DNA from: Eledone cirrhosa
Taxonomy: Eukaryota
Length of the DNA: 64,000 nt
Assembly: GCA_964016885.1 (NCBI GenBank)
Contig: OZ024741.1
Span: 208,382,001 to 208,446,000 of the forward strand
Direction: 5' to 3'
The notes under the pieces were generated by a model that did not search any database, was not told the origin of the DNA, and saw only the letters and a program-made list of their open reading frames with translations. Positions 51,861 through 64,000 of this stretch are shown here, one piece after another. Every line of letters starts with the position of its first letter. Position 1 is the stretch's first letter. The position numbers were made by a program, and so were the translations under genes.

Positions 51861-54090
51861 CTGTGTATACACATAATTAAATAAACGTATATAAATAAAT
51901 AAATACGTATATAACACGCGCACACACCCCTACATGTAAATACACATATGTACGCAGACGTACGTCCCCAAAACACAAAGTACACATATACACACACCCT
52001 ACATACATACGGAGCCGCATACTCACACAGACGCAAAACTCACGTATACACATAACCAAATGCACATGTACCAGAATATATAATATATACTCCATAACAT
52101 ATACAAGCAAATATACGTACGAGAAAATATACGGACCTTCACAAAACATACAGCTAATATATACTTACCTATACAAATAAGTAATGGTATAAACATAACA
52201 TATACTTAGCTACCACATCAAGACGTAAAATATCCGCGTATAGTTCGTACTATACGTAAGGGTATAATGTGGGGCTGTAATACAGGAAGGTTTTGTGCAA
52301 TTTATGTTTACAAGCCGAAATTGCCTCAGAATGATGTGGTCTTTGGCGTAGAGTATTTCCAGGTTTATGATGTGGTCTTTGGCGTAGAGTATTTCCAGGG
52401 CCTCAGCGGCGCAGAGGTCACATGGTCTTTTATTTCCGTTATACCATCTAGCCCTAGCTAGGATCTCCCAGTGTAACTTATATTGGGTGTGGTTGTCTTT
52501 TAGACTCCAGATATAAGCTGAAAGTGACGTCATATTCCTTCTTAAAGGATTAAGAAAAGAATGTGTATGCATGTAAAGACGCTGATTCAATCTATTGGCG
52601 GTTAACCCTATGTAGACAATGTTACTAGAGAGGCATTTCCCGGATAGTGGGCAGTCAACCGATTCATACAATTACAGTTAGTACTAGCTACAGGGTTGCA
52701 CGTGTTCTTACGGCTAGGTAAATTAGCTAAATTTGAAGCTGTGATGTTATGTGCAAGGTACAAAGTCGTAGAGTAAGAAATGTTAATGGTATTTCTATTA
52801 AAAATGTTATTATATTTATGTGCTGGGGGGAAATGCTTCATAATAAGGGAGAGAAAGATCTTAGCTAATGGTGTGGCCACCTCCATATTATATGGTGGGT
52901 TATACCATATAATGCGTCGGGATCTATTCTCGTACTCTCTATATGCTACCTTATCGACAAATCCACTCCGAGCAAGAGCTTTATTGTAATATGTGGAATG
53001 GTCGTTGAAAATATGCTCGTTTGTAGATAGACGGGAAAGCCTCAAAGAAACATTTCTTACCAGGTTCTTGTTTATGCTGGCAGGATGGTTAGAAAGCTTA
53101 CTTATGTAATTAAGTGTATCATTCATCTTTCTAGCAAGCCATTCGACAAATTGAGGGTAACGTCGAGGTAATTAACTCTCCTGTATGGAGAGGTTGAAGC
53201 CTTTAAAGAAGGCTGAGAGTTCTTTTCTGAACCTGTCGCAAGCACGTGGGCCGCATTTTGTCATGGTCAAAAGGCCATCATCACGGTACAAACCACCGCC
53301 CACGTTGGGGAATTCTTCCTTGATAGAGAAAAGAAGGAAAAGGCCGATAAGATCAGTAACCTCCGCAGAATCGCCATGCTCACGTCGAATGGTGTACTAT
53401 TAGATTTTAAAATCCAAATAGAGTCGTCGAAATTAATCACCGAGTTACGGGCATTGAGGATGACATCAACTTCGAAATCCTTAACCACTGTGAGTGTTTT
53501 AGCGAAATTGATAGCTCGAAGGAGAAGTGGTAAAGTGATGGAGGAGTAGTAATTATCGATGTCGAATTGGATAAAACGACATTGTTCCTTGTTGCATATG
53601 CCGTTGAACCAACCAATCACCCCGAAAGAATTGTTCCACAGTGCAAGAGGGGCCAAACTTCTAATTTCAGGTATAATTCTATCTAAAATCCTTTTACTAA
53701 CTCTACCTAAATCGGAATTCGTAGGGTCAATAAGCCGAATAGAGGGGTTTTTCGGGAAATTGGATTTGTGATCCTTCAAGGTAAAGTGGGGAAAAATAGG
53801 GTCCAGAGGTTCAGTCCGGTCCAGGATGTTGAGATCAGAGGTGATTTTAAACCCAGCATCGTTGATTTCATTAATGACGCTCCGATTAGTTTTACGGTAA
53901 TCCTTAGTTTCGGCATTATGTAACAGTTGATGGTAAGTACTGCGCTCCACTTGATATAGATTGCCAGTTTTGTCGGAATGGACGTGCACGGCATTAGAAT
54001 CCTTAATAGAACGAATTCTATTCTTCAGGTCCTGCTGGAAGAAATTGCTCCTATTCCGAAATTTGATACTCCGTGTGAGTTCCAAGACAT
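51134..54090 (-). mobile_element. Naiad-type PLE, second copy, 5'-truncated, with complete 3' pLTR
   Basis: Colinear with and highly similar to 2071-4655; the terminus 51134-51508 matches 4925-5304; RT and GIY-YIG remnants in 52210-54090 (NIVYIGLT, CDLCAAE). Confidence 0.92.
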
Positions 54091-54093
54091 TAT

Positions 54094-54177
54094 ACTGCTG
54101 ATATATCGGCTGTGTAGCGCAAACATGGCAGCATCGGATCCATTGTTGACGTATTTGCACACATAATTTATAGCCCC
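54094..54177 (-). pseudogene. Helitron Rep (HUH) motif fragment
   Basis: AINYVCKYVNNGSDAAMFAL..RYISS resembles the Helitron Rep catalytic-tyrosine motif KYxxKYxxKGxD and the downstream RYISS. Confidence 0.65.
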
Positions 54178-54267
54178 CCGCCCATCCGTTTTTGGGAAAA
54201 AAGGCAATTGGGAGCATGTTGGAGGTCTGATTAGTTGAAAATATACGATAAACCTTAATTATGTACG

Positions 54268-54450
54268 GTATGTATGCATGAGTGTATGTATGTATGTATG
54301 TATGTATGTATGTATGTATGTATGTATGTATGTATGTATGTATGTATGTATGAGTGTATGTATATATGTATGTATGAGTGTATGTATATATGTATGTATG
54401 AGTGTATGTATGTATGAGTGTATGTGTGTATGTGTTTATGAATATGTGTG
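54268..54450. repeat. (TATG)n microsatellite
   Basis: Direct reading. Similar tracts at ~35535-35590, 36090-36150 and 43008-43128. Confidence 0.9.
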
Positions 54451-55615
54451 TATCGTCTTGTCACTGTCATAATTTTCTCTATCTCTCACTTGCACACTTC
54501 CCTCTATTTTCTTCCTTAAGACATAAAACAAAATACAACTATCCATGCAAATTTAGCCACAGGTCCTGTTCATTCACTCCCTTACCCATTTGTCCACTTC
54601 CCAGACAAATATTTACCAAATTCTAAAGTCCCACTTCTTACAGTACACCAACTGATAACGTGTTTGGCAAACACAACACCAATGCCTTGAATAGGGATTA
54701 CATTACTGGGAAACTGTAGTTTCAATGTGAATCTCACTAAAATATATATAAGTATAAATGATATATAACTTGATATGTCGATTAAGAAACAAACTAGTAT
54801 TTTGTACATATATACATAAAACATATATATAAAATAATTAAGTTATTTGTTTATATATATAAAATGATTTGTAAATTTGAATACAAATTTAAATACATAC
54901 TCCTAAGTGTTAAATTATGCTATACTTACAGAGACAGATCTGTTTATTGAATTTTGGACTGAGAAAAATTATCGAGATATATTTTATATTTCTACTCCTG
55001 ATTTCTCTAAATTAGTTTGAGTTATCTGAAAATGATTCGCCTGGAGCTCTTTCTAGCACTCCTTAAGGCCTGTCTTGTTTTATCTACCCTTCTGTAAAAC
55101 GTTATTGTTACACCATGTGGAAATTATTTAAAAAATATATTCCAAGGGTAGATTACAAGTATTTTAATACAACGTGAGATATATATAGCTAAAACCTAAA
55201 CATAAAGGGAATCATGGTTTTAAGATGTTTTTAAGATGGTTTTAAGCTGTTTAGCATAATTGATAATTGTTGATCGATACTAATTAATCGAAGGTTAACA
55301 TTTAATTTTTTTTATTCACAGAAACAGATCAGTCTTCTACAGCACACCTAGGAGTATGCATTTAAATTTGTATCTAAATTTACATATTTGTTTTTTATAT
55401 ATGTTCAAAATACTAGTTTGTTTCTCAATTGATATATCCTGTTATATATCGTTTATAATTATATTATAGATGTTCTGAACAGAAGTTTATTGAGCTTTGT
55501 ACTGAGAAACATTTTAGTATATCGTGCGCTCAGGAGCCGATTTATACGATGAGTTTTTTTTTTTTGGGGGGGGGGTTTCGTGTGCAACTTTGTTAAAATA
55601 TTTAATTTAAATGTT

Positions 55616-55618
<3 letters not shown>

Positions 55619-55678
<60 letters not shown>

Positions 55679-55679
55679 C

Positions 55680-55767
<88 letters not shown>

Positions 55768-55778
55768 GTGTGTGTGTG
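55619..55778. repeat. (TA)n(TG)n compound microsatellite
   Basis: Direct reading. Confidence 0.95.
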
Positions 55779-55869
55779 GTCGAAGGAATACAATCAATCT
55801 CACCCAAAGACAGTACTGAATTTTCACAAATCACTGTATTGGTTTCATTTCTTTTCATTATCTATCTAT

Positions 55870-56660
55870 ATAAATGACATTAAACACATCAAAATAAGAA
55901 TTTCTGCAGATGCTTCAAAGATCCAGGAGGTGATCAACGGAGTGGGAGACCGGACAACGGGTGACAAAAAAACAATATGCTACTAAACGAGGATAAATTT
56001 GAATTAATCCAATTTGGAATAAAAGAATGAATTGAAGTTACCATATTCTCTTCCTTCAGGTGAAACCCTCGTGGCATCTAACAATACCAGAGATATGGGA
56101 GTAATTGTTGACAGTTAGAGTAATTGTAAAAGCTGGAGTATTCACATAAACAACTTGGCCCACAGAATGTGTTCCTGGTTTCTCATAAATTCACATCATC
56201 GAACTTTAATCTATATTTGCCCGACCTAGCCTTGAGTACTCTTGTCCACTGTAGTCCCTTCAAACAAAACAAAGTATTATGAAAATTAAAGCACTCCAGA
56301 GGTCAATTATAACGGTATGACACGCCTTGACAGTTGAGATCGACAAAAGAAACTGTACAATGTGAAGACTTGTCCATCAATATTGTCCAAATGATGTTGG
56401 CATCACTTTTAAAATCTTTTAAAACATCACTGCTTACGAGAAAGATGATCAAACTCGCATCTCATAGCAACGATAAAACACTACTACTTCACCTCAACTG
56501 GCCCCGCTCTCTTTAAAATCATACAAAAATACATCAAGACAGACACTGATTCCATAATATTCAAAGGTTTCTTGGAGAAATTCCTACAATAAATTCCAGC
56601 TAAATGTCCTACACCCGAATAAGTCTCCGGAAACAACAACTATTTACTATAGTGGGCCAT
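55870..56660 (+). mobile_element. CR1/L2-group LINE 3' fragment, highly degenerate
   Basis: Remnants read DKFELIQFG, RDMGVIVD, RPSLEYSCPL and LQR, typical of the post-RT region of CR1-like elements. Confidence 0.6.
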
Positions 56661-56849
56661 GGTGTCCAAACATGACTAGGTTGGGAAGCCATATTCTGAA
56701 AGACTTCGCCAGCTGGTGCCAAGTTAGACAAGTTAGACAAGTCCTGCGTCAAACTGGTCGAAACCTACCAAAGTTATATATACAGTATCTATACAGGACA
56801 TATATATATATATATATAAGGAACGATCGACTTTCGTCAAATCGGACCG

Positions 56850-57034
56850 AGGGAACAATGATTCCGTTGGTCTTTCCAATTGCTAATACTATCTATCGGT
56901 CGCAACTCCAGGTAGAAGGAGCAACGTGAAATAAAGTGTCTTGCTCAAGGACATAACGCATCACCTGGTCCAGGAATCGAACTCACAATCTTACGGTTGC
57001 GAATCCAATTCTCTAACCACTCAGCCACACGCCA
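56850..57034 (-). mobile_element. tRNA-derived SINE, family 2 (CORE-like)
   Basis: Minus strand ggcgtgtggctgagtggttagag (A box), gagttcgattcc (B box), tgtccttgagcaagacacttt (CORE-like). Confidence 0.8.
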
Positions 57035-57175
57035 CATATATATATATGTATGTAGGAGGTGAGTTTTATTGTAGCACAATAAAGCAATGCAAATATCGGA
57101 TAAGTAGCACTCTGGAGTTTGTAGGACTGGCGTATAAATAATATAAGATCAAGAGATGGTTAAAAGAGTTCCAAG

Positions 57176-57246
57176 TATTTTATTATGCGCATTTCAAAAA
57201 CAAATATCATCATGGGATGATATCTGCGTTCTCATCAGATAAAATA
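57176..57246 (-). ncRNA. Type I hammerhead ribozyme (inverted copy)
   Basis: Reverse complement of 60155-60225. Confidence 0.9.
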
Positions 57247-58494
57247 GGGATACATGATATGAAGCTTAAAAAACACTTGTGAATAGTGAAGTTTTAAATC
57301 AACATATGAGAAATATTTTTAGATTGATGTATGAGATTGGGGAAAAGTGAGGGGCGGTGGGGGTGGAAAAGGTAAGGAAGAGGAGGAGATGAGAGTAAAG
57401 AATGGTGTGGGAGGAGTATAAGAAGGAAGGATGAGAGAGGAGGATAGATGGGTGATAGAGAGAGAGAGATAGCCTTTACAACTGAGAAAAATATATATAT
57501 TGTCTCACAGAGAGACGTTAAAAAGCCGTTGGAAGATAATAGATAATTTAAAAGAATTTGAAATTAAAAGTTAATGAGGTTTATGCATGAATAGAAAAAG
57601 GAATTAAGATTAATATTAAATTAAGGTTTGTATATTGAAGGGTTTAATAATATGTGCGAGGAAAAGAAATTATTAATATGTATTATTAAAATAAAAATAT
57701 TAATGTTATTAAGGATATAATGTGAAAAGAAGGAGCAGAATGAATGAGTTATGAATTTAGAGGAATTAGTTAGGATTTAAATTTGTTTTTATATAATGGA
57801 ATATGTGTGCGTAATGTGTACGTAAATAGTTTGTTTAAAAATGAACGCAGAAGGCAAAGAAGAAAAGAATGTTTATGGAAGAAAATATCTAACATAAAAA
57901 AATATATATGTTTACGAAATATTTTCTAATGGTAATAATATAATATATTAAAAGAAATTAGTTAGGGTTTAAGTTTGTTTTTATGTATTGTAATATGTAA
58001 AAGTCAAACGAGCATGAAATGATGAGATATGAGAAATTTAAGGAAGAAAAATCTAACGTCAAAAAAGATGTTTATGTTTACGAAGGACTATTATAGGTAA
58101 TACTATAATGTATTAAAAAAATAATAATTTTTATGGCCAATGATATGAGGAAAGATGGAAGAATGGATAATGTTGTGTTGAGTAATAATAAGAATTGAGA
58201 AGTAGTTAGGAAGAAAAAGTACAGATTAGAGGTTAGAAATTAAAAAGAAAAGAGGAAGAAAGGAAAGTGATAAAGAGGAATGATATAGAATGAGTAACTT
58301 GTATTATATAATATATAATAAATAATTGTTTCTACTTTAGGCACAAAGCCAGCAATTACCCAGTACATTACAATATTGAAATAAGGTAAGATGGGTATAT
58401 TTTTAAAAGATATATAAGCGTTTGAGAAAAAGGATTTTAAAATAGTAAGGTATTAGATATTAGCTGTATACTTTATGGAATTAGTAAAAGCATC

Positions 58495-59246
58495 TTAGAA
58501 TTCAACAATGAATACTGGACTAGAGCCGATACTTCCAACAATTTTGATATCAGAATGAGTGCTTCCGATTCATCGCAATTGACTGAGTTGCTTGGTATTT
58601 TTATTTTGAATTCTTTAAATCGGAAAATTCCTCAACTTCGCGGTGGAATTTATCGTGACGATGGACTTTTTACTATCTTAAATTGCAACTTAGTTAACCT
58701 TAATATTATTAAGAACAATATACTAAATCTTTTTAAGCAACATAACCTTAACATTGAATTTGATAACAACGTCAAACTAGCTAATTTCTTGGATATATCC
58801 CTTAATCTTGACACTGGCCTATATTACCCTTACCATAAAAACAATGAGAATCTAAATTATGTTAATTTTAAATCTAACCACCCCACTAACATTAAAAATG
58901 CTATAGTCAGTAATATCGGAAAAAGAATATCAAACCTATCCTCTAATAAAAAATATCTTCGATGCTAACGCCAATTACTATAATAATGCGCTTTCTAAAG
59001 CCGGTTATCCTGATAAAATTAGATACAGTAAAGAAACCAATCCTATGAGGTCTTACAGTAAAATAATAAATTATGATCATTCCAATAACTTAAATAAAAG
59101 ACCTAGATACAAAAATATAATCTGGTATAATGCTCCTTTCTCTATTTCTATTAATAATAATATTCCTAAACTATTCTTTATGGCCTTAGATAAATGCTTC
59201 CCTCCTCACATATCTATAGTAATATCTTTAACAAACATACAATAAA
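58495..59246 (+). pseudogene. Naiad RT C-terminal half (endonuclease deleted)
   Basis: MSASDSSQLTELLG, GIYRDDGL, NFLDISLNL..YPYHK..SNHP, IIWYNAPFS. Confidence 0.88.
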
Positions 59247-60154
59247 ATTCTTCCATCTTTCCTCATATCATTGGCCATAAAAATTATTTTTTTTTTAATA
59301 CATTATAGTATTACCTTTAATAGTCCTTCGTAAACATAAACATTTTTTTTTACGTTAGATTTTTCTTCCTTAAATATCTCTTATCTCATCATTTCATGCT
59401 CGTTTGACTTTTACATATTACAATACATAAAAACAAACTTAAACCCTAACTAATTTCTTTTAATATATTATATTATTACCATTAGAAAATATTTCGTAAA
59501 CATATATATTTTTTGATGTTAGATATTTTCTTCCTTAAACATTCTTTTCTTCTTTGCCTTCTGCGCTCATTTTTAAACAAACTATTTACGTACACAACAC
59601 GCACATATATTACATTACATAAACACTTATTTAAACCCTAACTAATTCCTCTAAATTCATAACTCATTCATTCTGCTCCTTCTTTTCAAATTATATCCTT
59701 AATAACATTAATATTTTTATTTTAATAATACATATTAATAATTTCTTTTCCTCGCACATATTATTAAACCCTTCAACATACAAACCTTAATTTAATATTA
59801 TTCTTAATTCCTTTTTCTCTTCATGCATAAACCTCATTAACTTTTAATTTCAAATTCTTTTAAATTATCTATTATCTTCCAACGCCATTTTAACTTCTCT
59901 CTGTGAGACAATATATTTTTTCTCAGTTGTAAAGGCTATCTCTCTCTCTCTATCACCCATCTATCCTCCTCTCTCGTCCTTCCTTCTTATACTCCTCCCC
60001 CACCATTCTTTACTCTCATCCCCTCCTCTTCCTTACCTTTTCCACCCCCCTCACTTTTTCCCAATCTCATACATCAATCTTAAATTATTTTTCATATGTT
60101 GATTTAAAACTTCACTATTCACAAGTGTTTTTTAAGCTTCATATCATGTATCCC

Positions 60155-60225
60155 TATTTTATCTGATGAGAACGCAGATATCATCCCATGATGATATTTG
60201 TTTTTGAAATGCGCATAATAAAATA
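60155..60225 (+). ncRNA. Type I hammerhead ribozyme (intact core)
   Basis: tattttat-CTGATGA-gaacgcagatatcatc(ccat)gatgatatttgttttt-GAAA-tgcgca-TA-ataaaata; palindromic stem III. Confidence 0.92.
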
Positions 60226-60424
60226 CTTGGAACTCTTTTAACCATCTCTTGATCTTATATATATATATATATAAATTTTCCTTCATCAGTTGTCTGCTGG
60301 GGGTCATGAATATTTCTACGCGTTAAAGACAAGATATTTTACCCCAGTGCGTCAATAACTAAAGGAAGTTATTGGGGAAAAAAAGAAAGAGAGAGAAAAA
60401 AATATGTAACCGAAGGGAAAAGAC

Positions 60425-61005
60425 ACTCTCTTTATTGTATTATAAGGCTCGGAAATTTTTTCTTTGGGCTACTTTGATTATAATGTGAGTTTTTAACTCA
60501 ATACATATTTTTAATAAATTGACCTCCTACGCTTTTGTTGAACCTATGTTGAATTGATCTGGCTGCTATTTCTTAGTTGCTTACGTTCTATTCGACCCGC
60601 TAGGCACGCGATACCGCCCTTAACACACGCGATTTCTCTTTCTTAACACACGCGCATTATTTAGTCTTCTAAGGAAATTAGTAATTGAATGATTACTGAT
60701 CCGAATATCCACTGAAGAGCATCAGATTCTTAACTCTCTCCACTGAGTTGCGAAACAGTTCTACTCAAAGCTGTCTGGATGCTGATAGTTATCATAATCG
60801 GTTTGTAAATCTTAATTTATACTTTTAATTGAGTCTTGTGAACCGTATTATCTTTAGTCTGTAGTTTCTACACCCTGGCGGTTTACGTGCCTTGTGATTT
60901 GAACGCACATATGTATTCGACTCTCTTTATAAGGCTCGGAAATTGTTTTCCTTGAGCTAATTTGATTGTAAGGGACTAATGTGAGTTTTTAACTCAATAT
61001 ATACT
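60425..61005 (+). mobile_element. Retrozyme-like element, family C (~490-bp monomer with terminal redundancy)
   Basis: tataaggctcggaaatt..taatgtgagtttttaactcaata occurs at 60441 and 60928; one HHR lies between; a TA tract follows. Confidence 0.7.
60706..60781 (+). ncRNA. Type I hammerhead ribozyme (intact core, full stem III)
   Basis: tatcca-CTGAAGA-gcatcag...ctgagttgc-GAAA-cagtt(loop)agctg-TC-tggatg; GUC triplet. Confidence 0.88.
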
Positions 61006-61162
61006 TTTGAAATATATATATACACAGAAATATCCACGGTTAGTTGTGATGTCTAGTCTGTATGAAGAACTCAATGTAATCCATATGTTGAAAATGTTGT
61101 AGGTTAAAGTAAATCCCGGAAAACAATAAAACATCAAAAGGAAAACAGAGTCATGATATAAG

Positions 61163-62432
61163 TTAAAACAATGAAATAAAAATTCAAGTCATTAGAAATA
61201 TACTTCACTGCTTTACGATCGTTTCCAGGTGATAATAATACATCGTACGCATATTTCGTTATCGATTTATGTAGGGTTAGTTACACAATATATAAGGAAT
61301 ATATTTACCTACGTGTATATCATCAGCCGTTGTCAAAAGCAATGAAAATTTTATTCAAAATCAATAGTAAATTGAGTTATATGACCTTATTTGGAGGTAG
61401 CTGAAGAACAAACCAATCAAATGGTTTTTTGCCATATGATGTTAAGATGAAATATAACTCACTTTAGTTGAGGTCATGACCCTTTGAAAGGAATGGTTGA
61501 ATGGTGTTAAAAATAGAATTACTATGAAGAACCTATGAGGAAAAGGGATTGTTGTATTGATAGTGGAATGTAGATGGTGGAGAGAAGTTTAAAAAAGAAT
61601 GTAAAAATTAAATGTTGAGCTGTGTTGTATGGAATTTTTAGGTGAATATAAATAAATAAGTAAATATAAAATATACAGAGATAACTAGGATAAATATAGA
61701 TAGATAAAGTAATGGTCATAACTAGGAAGGATAGTATATTAAAAGATGACAGTTAATAAAATATATAAATATAATAATATAATATAGTGTAATATAATAT
61801 AGTACAGTATAGTACATTGTATATAGTATAATATAGCGTATGATGCATCAATAAAATATAAAATAGTAAATATTTTCAAGTGGGTCTATGTATAAGTAAT
61901 TAAACTCAGATAAATGCATGTTGACATATAGTAAAAACGCATGATTTATATTCACCTAAAAATTCCATACAACTCAACTCAACATTTAATTTCTACATTC
62001 CTTTTTTAAACTTCACTCCACCATCTACATTCCACTATCAATATAGCAATCCCTTTTCCTCATAGGTTCTTCATAGTAATTCTATTTTTAACACCATTCA
62101 ACCATTCCTTTCAAAGGGTCATGACCTCAACTAAAGTGAGTTATATTTCATCTTAACATCATATGGCAAAAAACCATTTGATTGGTTTGTTCTTCAGCTA
62201 CCTCCAAATAAGGTCATAGAACTCAATTTACTATTGATTTTGAATAAAATTTTCATTGCTTTTGACAACGGCTGATGATATACACGTAGGTAAATATATT
62301 CCTTATTTGATATTGTGTAACTAACCCTACATAGATCGATAACGAAATATGCGTACGATGTATTATTATCACCTGGAAACGATCGTAAAGCAGTGAAGTA
62401 TATTTCTAATGACTTGAATTTTTATTTCATTG

Positions 62433-62438
<6 letters not shown>
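61163..62438. mobile_element. Palindromic non-coding element with ~490-bp inverted arms carrying an HHR-like motif
   Basis: Arms 61163-61653 and 61944-62438 with an AT-rich ~290-bp spacer; ends at (TA)n. Confidence 0.8.
62265..62361 (+). ncRNA. Hammerhead-like motif with long stem II (mirror copy on minus strand at ~61239-61334)
   Basis: acaacgg-CTGATGA-..gtagg..cctac..-GAAA-tatgcg-TA-cgatgt; stems I and III are imperfect. Confidence 0.5.
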
Positions 62439-62531
<93 letters not shown>

Positions 62532-62554
62532 GGGAGGCTGCAAGTATGTGAGTA

Positions 62555-62830
62555 TGTGTGTGGTTAGAGATTTGACCTCACAATTGTGAGATTGTGAGAT
62601 CGATTCCCGGTCTGGGCGATCTTTTGTGTCCTTGATCAAAACACTTTCACGTTGCTCCAGTTCTGTAGAAATGAATTACGTCGCTGGTGCCAATTTGTAT
62701 CGAACTTTGCCTTTTCTTCGGACAACATCAGTGGTGTGGAGAAAGAAGACTGGTATGCATCGGAGAATGCTAACCTTCCTAAAAAACGCCTGGCCATGGA
62801 CTGTGCCTCTAAATGAATCTTTCTAGGTGC
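62555..62830 (+). mobile_element. tRNA-derived SINE, family 2 (CORE-like)
   Basis: gtggttagag..gagatcgattccc..tgtgtccttgatcaaaacactttcacgttgctcc; homologous to 56850-57034. Confidence 0.75.
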
Positions 62831-63248
62831 AAAATAATGTATTTCATACTATATTATAAAATACAAGGAAACCTGGCGTATATCTTACGGTACTCGGAGT
62901 TTACTGGAGTTTTCACTCCGTTCTTCAGTCTTCTACAATTGTATTAATTATTTCCATTTCCTGCTATTATTAACCACACATATGTGTGCTGTTTTCGATG
63001 TAACTTTTCCAGTTCCATGTCGTTATGTCAATATTTCTTTGTTTTTTTTCTTTTTCTTCGTCCAACGTCCGTTGTGTTTCTTCCTGAATAGCTATCGGAA
63101 AATAGTTATTAATGCACTGTGGTGAATAGTCCTGTCTTTAATATATTCGGAACTATAATGATCTACAAAAGACAGCCGATGAGTGGGAATTGTTCTTTAG
63201 TTTGTGTCTTCCGTGTTTTCACCCACGTTTTCCAATTTACATCGTCAG

Positions 63249-63641
63249 CGGGCGGGAAGGTGCTCGTTGTTGGCGTCAACCGAGGAGTAATTTGCGGTGC
63301 TCCAGCGGTAACGAACGTCTTCTCTCGTGGGTCCGGTCGGGCGGCGGCGGCAGCGGCGGTCTGGAAAGGCAATTCTCCTGCTGCTACGGAAGCGCAATCA
63401 AAAGGCGGAACACGAAAGGCGGCTAGTCGTCGAGCGAACGAAAACCAAAGGAAAAAAAAAAAGAGGCGAGGAGAAGACGGCGCGAGGCGTTCGGCGAAAA
63501 GGCTACATACTTTTACGCCGCCCGGGCGGGAAGGCGCTCGTTGTTGGCGTCAACCGAGGAGTAATTTGCGGTGCTCCAGCGGTAACGAACGTCTCCTCTC
63601 GTGGGTCCGGTCGGGCGGCGGCGGCGGTCTTTAAAGGCAAT
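63249..63641. repeat. ~120-bp GC-rich direct repeat (offset 274), possibly within a LINE ORF1 remnant on the minus strand
   Basis: cgggcgggaagg..gtccggtcgggcggcggcgg..aaaggcaat at 63249 and 63523. The ORF1 assignment is a guess from composition only. Confidence 0.7.
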
Positions 63642-64000
63642 AATTCGTCGATGGCGGCGGGTACGGGCTGTAACGTGCGGGCGAGGCGCGGACGAGGACG
63701 CCGACGCATATAGGGTATCCGAGCACGCCTAACCCGTAACCTACGCAGAAAACCAAAATCTGCAACGGCTAGTACCCTTCCGTTCACTGAGTTCGTCCGA
63801 CCGAGATTACCCTATACAGTAGACAGGACCCCCTGGCCGCGCTGCATCCACCGCAATCGTCGCTAATCCCCCGAGGGCGATCCGCCGGTCACAGGTCGGC
63901 TGCGGAACCGCCTAGACGGCGGGTTGGCTTCGGTCCCGCTGTGCAATTTGACCAATATAACATTTGCTGTTTTGTAAACTAACTTTCGGTGAATACTATG

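Larger units (their letters stand above)
57141..60260 (+). mobile_element. Naiad-type PLE remnant with ~1-kb inverted terminal arms
   Basis: Arms 57141-58164 and 59247-60260 are reverse complements; an RT fragment lies inside; there is an HHR near each outer end. Confidence 0.88.

Overview
Repeat-dense animal genomic DNA with no recognisable host gene. The SINE and microsatellite content suggests a cephalopod or octopus-like genome (inference). Identifiable elements: three Naiad-type and one Neptune-type Penelope-like elements (PLEs), a Gypsy LTR element with ~99% identical LTRs but a broken pol, Tx1-, RTE-, CR1- and CRE-like LINE fragments, two tRNA-SINE families, Helitron-like pieces, and a ~19 kb 21-bp minisatellite with higher-order structure. 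The most striking signal is about a dozen type I hammerhead ribozyme (HHR) motifs, seven with intact catalytic cores. They lie in PLE termini or in non-coding ~450-490 bp repeat units at (TA)n tracts, which look like retrozymes or non-autonomous PLE derivatives. Two of these unit families have diverged in sequence yet keep the same order of modules: hairpin, ATGCAAAT octamer, TAATTTTCATA box, HHR with a covarying extended stem I. Several insertions are palindromic, and one palindrome is centred within 2 nt of the predicted ribozyme cleavage site. All calls were made by eye; no folding, alignment or database search was run, and most boundaries are approximate.
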